This document shows positions 8,888-15,658 of a stretch of DNA of 43,468 nt, piece after piece. Origin of the DNA: an uncultured Candidatus Saccharibacteria bacterium (lineage in GTDB: Bacteria; Patescibacteriota; Minisyncoccia; Phycocordibacterales; UBA918); the NCBI GenBank assembly GCA_964493145.1, contig CAZBMV010000004.1, positions 1 to 43,468 on the forward strand, written 5' to 3'. Position 1 is the stretch's first letter. Every line of letters begins with the position of its first letter. The notes beneath the pieces are model-generated. The model was given only the letters and a program-made list of their open reading frames with translations, was not told where the DNA came from and did no database searches. Made by a program: the position numbers and the translations under genes.

Positions 8888-8993
8888 AGTGCTTTATACT
8901 ACCGAGTCTACTCAAAAACAACAAGTTACAAACACACGAAAGAGAATTTTGTCAATACTTCCCTATCTGTGTTCGTTCATACCGGGTTATACA

Positions 8994-9021
8994 CAAAATG
9001 CCCGCGTCGGCGTGCATTTTG
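8994..9021 (-). terminator. Hairpin after obgE
   Basis: CAAAATGC-c-CGC-gtcg-GCG-t-GCATTTTG. Confidence 0.5.
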
Positions 9022-9040
9022 ATCCTCTCCATTATATGGC

Positions 9041-10024
9041 TTATATATTTACTTTTCTTGTACGTACGTGCTCGGTGAGCGCGTCACTTAAATCTTTTAC
9101 CCCCTCCATCGTCTCTCCTGAAACAATACGCAACGCAGTCACTCCGTGTGATTTAAACTGTTCACTCACCTTCAGAATGGCCTCTTTGGAACTCAAATCC
9201 GCCTTCGTGAGGACCACCCATTCCTCCTTTTTAAGGAGTTCGGGGTCGTATTTTTCAAGTTCGGTTCTGATACCAGCGTACTCTTGATACGGGTCATCGT
9301 GTTCAAGTGATACACAGTGGAGTAACATCTTCGTTCGCGACACGTGTTTTAGAAATTTATCACCAAGTCCTTTCCCCTCTGATGCGCCTTCAATGAGTCC
9401 GGGGATGTCTGCGATGATGAGCCCGTAGAGGTCGCCGAGGTGCGGCTCCGTTGTCGTGAATGGGTACGCTCCGACTTTTGATTTCGTATTTGTGAGTGCA
9501 TTGAGGAGCGTTGATTTGCCTGCATTTGGGAGACCGACGAGACCGACGTCAACGATGAGTGAGAGTTCAATGTGGAATGTTCCCTTCTCTCCCTTCTTAC
9601 CCTTTGTTGATTCTTCAGGTGAACGATTTGTGGATGACTTAAAGTGTTCATTTCCGAGCCCGCCATTTCCGCCTTTGAGAATGCGGTGCATTTCACCCTC
9701 TTCCATAAAAGTGTACGTTCGTTCACGGTCAACTTCCGTTACCGTAGAGCCAACGGGAATATCAATGGTGATGTCTTCTCCATTCTTTCCATGCCGGCTT
9801 CGCTTTTCGCCCGCGGCACCGTTTTGAGCCACAAAATCCTTTGATCCCGTGTACTTTGCGAGAAGGCCAAGATCTCGTACCGCACGCATGTACACGTCGC
9901 CACCACGACCACCGTCGCCACCTGCGGGGCCGCCTCTATCAACGAATTTCTCTTGACGCCAGCGCACGACGCCGTCGCCACCGTTGCCCGCTTTTGCTTT
10001 TATTACTAGTTCATCTACAAACAT
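9041..10024 (-). CDS. obgE: GTPase ObgE (327 aa, no C-terminal OCT domain)
   Basis: Start MFVDELVIKAKAGNGGDG, Gly-rich Obg fold, G1 GLPNAGKS, YPFTT, DIPG, TKAD. The ORF-track start at 10180 is overextended. Confidence 0.97.
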   Translation of the reverse strand: MFVDELVIKAKAGNGGDGVVRWRQEKFVDRGGPAGGDGGRGGDVYMRAVRDLGLLAKYTGSKDFVAQNGAAGEKRSRHGKNGEDITIDIPVGSTVTEVDRERTYTFMEEGEMHRILKGGNGGLGNEHFKSSTNRSPEESTKGKKGEKGTFHIELSLIVDVGLVGLPNAGKSTLLNALTNTKSKVGAYPFTTTEPHLGDLYGLIIADIPGLIEGASEGKGLGDKFLKHVSRTKMLLHCVSLEHDDPYQEYAGIRTELEKYDPELLKKEEWVVLTKADLSSKEAILKVSEQFKSHGVTALRIVSGETMEGVKDLSDALTEHVRTRKVNI

Positions 10025-10026
10025 AA

Positions 10027-10686
10027 TTACCGGTCTCGTTGCGTTTTGGATAGCGTACGTCGTACGTATACCCACGACACTGTGAGAATGACCACTGATG
10101 CTACACCGATACTCGCAAAAAGTACATAGTTTCCATTGAGTAGAGTTTCTCCAAGATATGCAAATGCAAATGAAAACCACGCTATGCCGACAGCGGTTGC
10201 GTATACGTACAATTTGAACGGGACGTGTGTCCCTATCCCGAGTGCATAACTGAGAATGTCTACCGGCACAATCATCCGAAGTGCGACAATATAGAAGAAA
10301 CTCATATCCGGATTAAGGTGTTTTTCGTATTCCCTTATTTTACCCATCGGTACGTACCTTTCAACGACGGGTTGCCCAAAGTGTCTCCCTACCGCAAATG
10401 ATACTACTGCCCCCAGTAGCCACCCAGTATACGCAGCGAGTCCTGTGATAAATGGTCCAAGAATCGGAGACAGGAGTGGTACGAGAGGAAGTGCGGTAAG
10501 TGGAGCAAAAACTGTTGTAAAAAACATGACAGACCCAAAAATCAGAGCACCAAAAATTTTGTGTTCCTCTGCAATATTTATTAATTGATCAGGCGAAAAT
10601 GTTCTCGTAAACGTATACCCAATTGAAATTACCACAACAATGATGCACGTGGGGTATGCGATTCGCTTATATGTATGTGCGGACAT
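10027..10686 (-). CDS. VTT-domain (TVP38/TMEM64/DedA superfamily) membrane protein
   Basis: Multiple TM segments, GAVVSFAVGRHFG, ALRMIVPVDILSYALG. Confidence 0.85.
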   Translation of the reverse strand: MSAHTYKRIAYPTCIIVVVISIGYTFTRTFSPDQLINIAEEHKIFGALIFGSVMFFTTVFAPLTALPLVPLLSPILGPFITGLAAYTGWLLGAVVSFAVGRHFGQPVVERYVPMGKIREYEKHLNPDMSFFYIVALRMIVPVDILSYALGIGTHVPFKLYVYATAVGIAWFSFAFAYLGETLLNGNYVLFASIGVASVVILTVSWVYVRRTLSKTQRDR

Positions 10687-10699
10687 ACATCAATACTAC

Positions 10700-11032
10700 T
10701 TATACACGGGAGTTTGCGAGGGTACTGATGATACTCACCAGAACTGAACCGAGGAGCGCACTCCAAAAGTTTTCAATGTACACACCGTCTACGAACGAAG
10801 ACACCCATATGAACATGGTCGCATTGATGACAAATATGAACAGGCCGAGTGTTGCAATGGTCACGGGTAACGTGAGAATGATGAGAATGGGGCGTACGAT
10901 TGCGTTGAGGATAATGAGAAAGACGGCTGCAACAATTGCAGAAAACCACCCAACAATCTCTATCCCCGGGAGAACGTAGGAGACGACCATGAGTGCGCCT
11001 GCGGTGATAATGACCCTAAAAAGAAAATTCAT
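10700..11032 (-). CDS. YvlD-like 4-TM 'phage holin family' membrane protein
   Basis: LNAIVRPILIILTLPVTIATLGLFIFVINA motif. Confidence 0.88.
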   Translation of the reverse strand: MNFLFRVIITAGALMVVSYVLPGIEIVGWFSAIVAAVFLIILNAIVRPILIILTLPVTIATLGLFIFVINATMFIWVSSFVDGVYIENFWSALLGSVLVSIISTLANSRV

Positions 11033-11112
11033 ATCTCAAGAATAGTATACCACTTTGCTCAAACAGCGCATGCCACTGTCTGAACCCACCCAACATAAAA
11101 TCATTCCTTCCA

Positions 11113-11162
11113 TTTCCATTTATACTATAATTCCCCATGGGGAATTATAGTATAAATGGAAA
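11113..11162. repeat. Perfect 50-bp loopless palindrome
   Basis: TTTCCATTTATACTATAATTCCCCA|TGGGGAATTATAGTATAAATGGAAA. Confidence 0.95.
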
Positions 11163-11220
11163 ATACTGTGTGTTAAGTGGAAGTATGTCTGTATGTATAA
11201 CATCATTTTCATTTTGAAAC

Positions 11221-11262
11221 CAAATATATCGTAAGGCACAATTGTGCCTTACGATATATTTG
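11221..11262. repeat. Perfect 42-bp loopless palindrome
   Basis: CAAATATATCGTAAGGCACAA|TTGTGCCTTACGATATATTTG. Confidence 0.95.
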
Positions 11263-11284
11263 AAATGATTCGTTTTTTGACTTC

Positions 11285-13822
11285 TTATTGCTTTTCAACA
11301 ATTTTCCACTCCCCACTCGCAATCAAGTCTTCAGCCTTTTTGTATTTCATGGTCTCTGTATCTGTTCCATTCGTGATGGTGACGAATTCGTTCCGTCCAA
11401 TCTTCTCGTCTTTCTTAATCGGGGTACGCATGCGCTCAATCTCCTTTGCGCGTACCTCACTGCCTCCACCGACAAACGCCATCCGCGCACGCGCTTTCTT
11501 GAGCGCCTCTTCCTCTTTCTCAACCGCTTCTACGCGAACAATGGGAACGAGTTCCGCAATGCGAATGTACGTCGCTTCCTGCATTTCCTTAAAGAGTCGT
11601 ATGGCCTCTTTGCGGTACTCAATGAGCGGATCTTGTTGACCGTACGCACGAAGTCCCACACTTGAGCGAGTGTGCTGCATGACCTCCAGGTGCTCAACCC
11701 AGAGTGTGTCGTTGACCTGAAGCATGAGCTTTCGCATAACTTCGTACCACGCATGTTCTCCAAATTCAGTAACGCGCGCCTCTATCTTTTCCGAAAGTTC
11801 GGGTACAAATGCGATGACCTCGCGTGCAACGTCTTTTACCGCTTCGGTGTCACCGAGGAGTAATTTTCGGCGCTTCGCGTATACCACCTTGCGTTGCAGA
11901 TTGAGTACGTCGTCATACGCGAGTACGTGTTTTCGTGAATCAAAGTGGAATCCCTCAATCTTCTTTTGCGCAGATTCAAGTGATTTTGTGATGACGCCGT
12001 TCTCAATCGGTTGATCTTCCGGAATACCGAAACGCCCCATCATCGCCTTTACAGTGTCTCCTGCGAATACCCGCATGAGCGCATCGTCCATGGAAACAAA
12101 GAATTGCGTCTCACCGGGGTCGCCCTGACGTCCCGAGCGCCCGCGAAGCTGGTTGTCTATGCGACGTGCCTCGTGCCGTTCGGTACCGAGCACAAAGAGC
12201 CCGCCGAGGGTCTTCACCTCCGCCGCCTCTTCGTCTGTCGCGTGTATGCCGCCGAGTTTGATGTCAACGCCACGTCCCGCCATATTGGTCGCAAGCGTTA
12301 CCCTGCCTCTCTTGCCCGCTTCGGCGATTATTTCTCCCTCGCGCTCGTGGTTCTTCGCGTTGAGCATCTCGTGACGGATATCCGCTTTCGTCAGTTCGGC
12401 GGAGAGGAGTTCGTTCTTATCAATGGACGCGGTGCCGATGAGAATCGGCTGTCCCTTCTCATTCACCTCGCGCACCTTGCGAATGATTGCCTGTATCTTT
12501 CCGCGCTCGTTTTGGAAGATGAGGTCGTTGTGATCTATGCGCTGTACCTTGCGGTGCGTGGGGACCGGTATGACGTCCAACTTGTACACGGAGTAAAATT
12601 CCTCCTGTGAGGTGAGCGCGGTTCCCGTCATACCCGAAAGCTTTTCATACATGCGAAAGTAGTTTTGGAACGTGATTGACGCGTACGTACGCGATTCCTG
12701 CTGAATGGTGACGCCCTCCTTCGCCTCAACGGCTTGGTGGAGGCCATCTGACCAGCGCCGACCGGGCTGAAGCCTTCCGGTGAATTCATCCACAATGACC
12801 ACTTCGCCATCCTTCACGACGTACTCTTTGTCACGCGTGTAGAGCGCCTTTGCCCGCACGGCGGTCTCAAGGTGGTGGACGTACTTAATGCCCTTGTCGG
12901 TGTATATGTTCTCAATGCCGAGCATTTTTTCCGCGGATTCAATGCCGTGGTCGGTGAGCGTTGCGCTCTTCAGTTTTTCATCAATGGTGTAGTCCTCTTC
13001 CGGAATGAGTTTTTCTGCAATTTTCGCAAAGGTAACGTACAGATTTTCAGAATCCTGTGCCGGAGCGGAAATGATGAGTGGCGTACGAGCCTCATCAATG
13101 AGGATGGAGTCCACTTCGTCAATAATTGCGTACGCGTGCTCGCGCTGGCGCAAATTTTGTGCATCAAATTCAATGTTGTCGCGGAGGTAGTCAAAGCCGT
13201 ACTCGTTGTTTGTTCCGTACGTAATATCTGCGGCGTACGCTTCTTTACGAGTACATGGGCGAAGGAAATCGTACACAACTTTGTACGAACCCTCTTCATC
13301 GCGCGCGCTGTCCTTTTCGCTGTGCGACGGATCATAGAGGTACGAACCACCTTGATTTATGACACCAACGGAAAGTCCAAGGAGTGCGTACACCTGTCCC
13401 ATCCACACCGCGTCACGACGTGCGAGGTAGTCGTTCACCGTAATGACGTGCACGCCTTTCCCCGTGAGTGCGTTGAGGTACGCGGGGAGTGTACCGACGA
13501 GTGTCTTTCCTTCTCCGGTGCGCATCTCGGTAATCTTTCCGCGGTGGAGAATGATACCGCCGATGAGTTGTACGTCGTAGTGGCGCTGATTGAGAGTTCG
13601 TTTTGCAGACTCGCGCACGAGCGCAAACGCGAGTGGGAGTGCTTCATCAAGAGACTTTCCCTCTTGTACCTCGCGCCTGAGCACGTGTGAGCGTTCCCTG
13701 AGTTCGGCGTCGGAAAGGGCGGTAATTTCCGCCTCGTGCGCGTTTATACGTGCAACAATGGGGCTGATTTCCTTAAGTTCCTTCTCGTACGTCGGTCCAA
13801 AAAATTTATCCAAAAATGACAT
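11285..13822 (-). CDS. secA: Preprotein translocase ATPase SecA
   Basis: EMRTGEGKT, DEVDSILIDEARTPLIISA, TNMAGRGVDI, RIDNQLRGRSGRQGDPG. Confidence 0.99.
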   Translation of the reverse strand: MSFLDKFFGPTYEKELKEISPIVARINAHEAEITALSDAELRERSHVLRREVQEGKSLDEALPLAFALVRESAKRTLNQRHYDVQLIGGIILHRGKITEMRTGEGKTLVGTLPAYLNALTGKGVHVITVNDYLARRDAVWMGQVYALLGLSVGVINQGGSYLYDPSHSEKDSARDEEGSYKVVYDFLRPCTRKEAYAADITYGTNNEYGFDYLRDNIEFDAQNLRQREHAYAIIDEVDSILIDEARTPLIISAPAQDSENLYVTFAKIAEKLIPEEDYTIDEKLKSATLTDHGIESAEKMLGIENIYTDKGIKYVHHLETAVRAKALYTRDKEYVVKDGEVVIVDEFTGRLQPGRRWSDGLHQAVEAKEGVTIQQESRTYASITFQNYFRMYEKLSGMTGTALTSQEEFYSVYKLDVIPVPTHRKVQRIDHNDLIFQNERGKIQAIIRKVREVNEKGQPILIGTASIDKNELLSAELTKADIRHEMLNAKNHEREGEIIAEAGKRGRVTLATNMAGRGVDIKLGGIHATDEEAAEVKTLGGLFVLGTERHEARRIDNQLRGRSGRQGDPGETQFFVSMDDALMRVFAGDTVKAMMGRFGIPEDQPIENGVITKSLESAQKKIEGFHFDSRKHVLAYDDVLNLQRKVVYAKRRKLLLGDTEAVKDVAREVIAFVPELSEKIEARVTEFGEHAWYEVMRKLMLQVNDTLWVEHLEVMQHTRSSVGLRAYGQQDPLIEYRKEAIRLFKEMQEATYIRIAELVPIVRVEAVEKEEEALKKARARMAFVGGGSEVRAKEIERMRTPIKKDEKIGRNEFVTITNGTDTETMKYKKAEDLIASGEWKIVEKQ

Positions 13823-13867
13823 ATGATTTTTTGCGTCCGCCTAGCATAGCATTATTTTGCGCCACAA

Positions 13868-13903
13868 ACAAAAACACCTTTTCGTGAGAAAAGATGTTTT
13901 TGT
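13868..13903 (-). terminator. Hairpin downstream of the Lys-rich peptide gene
   Basis: ACAAAAACA-c-CTTTTC-gtga-GAAAAG-a-TGTTTTTGT. Confidence 0.65.
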
Positions 13904-13925
13904 GTGCTGGAAGATGCTTAAAAGC

Positions 13926-14039
13926 TTACTTCTTTCGCTTTGCTGCCTTCTTCTTTGTTGCCTTCTTTGCGGTCTTCTTTGCAACTTTCTTCTTTGTTGC
14001 CTTCTTCGCAGCTTTCTTTGCTTTCTTTTTTGCTGGCAT
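13926..14039 (-). CDS. 37-aa Lys/Ala-rich histone-H1-like peptide (not in ORF track)
   Basis: MPAKKKAKKAAKKATKKKVAKKTAKKATKKKAAKRKK*. Clean ATG...TAA with its own downstream terminator. Confidence 0.85.
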   Translation of the reverse strand: MPAKKKAKKAAKKATKKKVAKKTAKKATKKKAAKRKK

Positions 14040-14179
14040 GATATCAGTTAAAATTTAACTCACTAACATTCGACCGCATTATTCTCTTTTCAAAGAGCAT
14101 TATTCAAAGAGAATCGTGCTTACATTCAATTATCATCCATATAAAAATTGTTACAACATTTTTTTTAAAAAATGTGTGG

Positions 14180-14207
14180 ATAAATATTTTTTTAAAAAAA
14201 TATTTAT
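14180..14207. repeat. Perfect 28-bp all-A/T palindrome
   Basis: ATAAATATTTTTTT|AAAAAAATATTTAT. Confidence 0.85.
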
Positions 14208-14222
14208 TTTATTTTTGTTGTC

Positions 14223-14267
14223 GCACTCGCACAAAAAATTTTTTTAAAAAATTTTTTGTGCGAGTGC
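14223..14267. terminator. 45-bp palindrome (22-bp arms, 1-nt centre) directly after the murB stop
   Basis: GCACTCGCAC-A6-T6-T-A6-T6-GTGCGAGTGC. Confidence 0.65.
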
Positions 14268-14269
14268 CT

Positions 14270-15292
14270 TCATGGAAGTGTGCGTACCTCCTCTTCAACA
14301 ACAATTCCTGTTCTTTCAAACACACACGCAATAACTTTTTTTGCGAACGCTTCAATCTCACGTGCGCTCGTTCCCTTCTCGCACACGAGAACGAGTGCCT
14401 GTCCTTCGTGAAGACCGACGTTTCCTTCTCTACATCCGCGGAGATTGCACACACGGTCAAGAATCCATCCGAGCGAAAGTTTTACGCCGCCGTTTTTTTC
14501 CGGGTACGCGGGAATGTCGGGGTACTTCTCTTTAAGTTTCTCCCACTCATGTACGCCGAGTATCGGATTCTTAAAAAAGGAACCTGCGGTCCCCACGACA
14601 TGCCAGTCGGGTAATTTTTTCTTTCGTATCGCAATAATCGCACTTCGCACTTCGTCTATGCTCGGCGACGCATTTAGACCGAAGTGCTCGCGCAACTCTT
14701 TGTACGAGAGTCGGGGAGACGTACGACGCGTCACCGCAAACCGTACGCGAAGAATGATGTATCGTGCGCCCTCAGGTTTTTTAAAAAGTGAATCGCGGTA
14801 TGCGAATTGGCATGCTTCGTTTGAGAGTTCACAAACTTCGTCGTTCACCATGTCATACGCAATGACGCTCTCAATTAATTCACGTGCCTCAACGCCGTAC
14901 GCACCAACGTTCTGTACGGGAACGGCACCAACCGTCCCCGGTATGTGAGAGAGGTTTTCAAGACCCCATAGTCCCCTTTCCACGAGCTCAGCGATGAAGT
15001 CGTCCAAGATTACCCCCGCATCAGCGGTGGCGATTGTCGTTTCATTTCCTTCTTCGTACGTGATTTCAGACGACACCATGCGGATGACGATTCCCGAAAC
15101 ACCCACATCTCGTATGAGCACGTTTGAACCGCCCCCCATAACGGTGATGCGGTACCCATTTTCTCGCGCCCATCGCACAACGGCAAAAAGATCCTCGTCG
15201 GTGCGCACTTCGGCAAAAAATTGAGCCGCCCCGCCACTGCCGAGTGTCGTGTATGGTGCGAGAGGTACGTTTTGTTGTATGAATGGTGGCAT
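14270..15292 (-). CDS. murB: UDP-N-acetylenolpyruvoylglucosamine reductase
   Basis: MGGGSNVL, GLENLSHIPGTVGAVPVQNVGAYG, FAYRDSLFK, TAGSFFKNP, HEGQALVLV. Confidence 0.97.
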   Translation of the reverse strand: MPPFIQQNVPLAPYTTLGSGGAAQFFAEVRTDEDLFAVVRWARENGYRITVMGGGSNVLIRDVGVSGIVIRMVSSEITYEEGNETTIATADAGVILDDFIAELVERGLWGLENLSHIPGTVGAVPVQNVGAYGVEARELIESVIAYDMVNDEVCELSNEACQFAYRDSLFKKPEGARYIILRVRFAVTRRTSPRLSYKELREHFGLNASPSIDEVRSAIIAIRKKKLPDWHVVGTAGSFFKNPILGVHEWEKLKEKYPDIPAYPEKNGGVKLSLGWILDRVCNLRGCREGNVGLHEGQALVLVCEKGTSAREIEAFAKKVIACVFERTGIVVEEEVRTLP

Positions 15293-15301
15293 ATAAATAA
15301 A

Positions 15302-15397
15302 AATTCATCGCTTTATACGACCAAGAGGTGCAACATCCAAATTAATTGAAAGTCTAATATTGTGAGTGCCGCCCTTGATCGTATGAAACGATGAATT
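15302..15397 (-). ncRNA. 26-bp stem / 44-nt loop hairpin ending 10 nt before the murB ATG (candidate structured leader or ncRNA)
   Basis: 15302-15327 pairs with 15372-15397. Three of the four non-WC positions are G-U on the minus strand. Confidence 0.55.
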
Positions 15398-15433
15398 CGT
15401 CTGTGTCAGGAAACAGTCCCAAAGTGGAACCTA

Positions 15434-15447
15434 CTGTAAGTATACAT
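15434..15447 (-). promoter_or_regulatory. Copy 2 of the 14-bp -10-containing element ATGTATACTTACAG
   Basis: Identical to 15609-15622 and contains TATACT. No clear -35. Confidence 0.5.
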
Positions 15448-15540
15448 AAATAAAGAAACTAGTGAGTATACGATCTCCACATAATGCAAAATCCCTTACA
15501 GGGACTGTACACCATCCTTGGGTACATTGAGTACTAAACA

Positions 15541-15608
15541 ACAAAAAAGTCCCCACCCCGGAGACCTCTTTGTTAGACTTTCATTTGAAGTGCGTCATGC
15601 ACTCACGG
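15541..15608 (-). ncRNA. Predicted ~70-nt small RNA with intrinsic terminator
   Basis: Follows TTGAAT-18-TATACT (15643-15614). Contains the hairpin GAGTGC-ATGAC-GCACTT and the terminator GTCTCC-GGGGT-GGGGAC-TTTTTT (15541-15573). Confidence 0.5.
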
Positions 15609-15643
15609 CTGTAAGTATACATCTATGTATACACATCATTCAA
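15609..15643 (-). promoter_or_regulatory. Promoter TTGAAT-18-TATACT with overlapping palindrome GTATACAT-ct-ATGTATAC
   Basis: Read directly from the sequence. Shares a 14-mer with 15434-15447. Confidence 0.5.
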
Positions 15644-15658
15644 GTTAACTAATCATCA

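Noticed and set aside
9041-10180. N-terminally extended ObgE (379 aa) and other extended starts in the ORF track
   Set aside because: The extensions overlap neighbouring genes or regulatory hairpins, and conserved N-termini begin at downstream ATGs.
10700-11032. Prophage suggested by the holin annotation and excisionase-like HTHs
   Set aside because: YvlD-type holin-family proteins are common chromosomal genes, and there are no capsid, terminase, portal, lysin or integrase genes.
12872-13690. 272-aa + strand ORF, and similar long shadow ORFs (3902-4579, 8646-9287, 19452-20231, 42289-42885)
   Set aside because: Antisense shadows of clearly conserved genes with no recognisable motifs.
14175-14183. 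oriC
   Set aside because: Only one perfect DnaA box (plus isolated TTATACACA boxes near 6174 and 8987), with no cluster and no dnaA/dnaN in the window.
15296-15645. RNase P RNA, tmRNA, SRP RNA, bridge RNA or attC as the identity of the structured element
   Set aside because: GAAAGTC resembles RNase P CR-I but the CR-V ACAGAACCCGGCTTA is missing. There are no tRNA-like ends or SRP GGAA loop. Both loop segments pair with the same strand, unlike bridge-RNA guides. GTCTAAT...GTTAGAC are ~220 bp apart, too far for attC.
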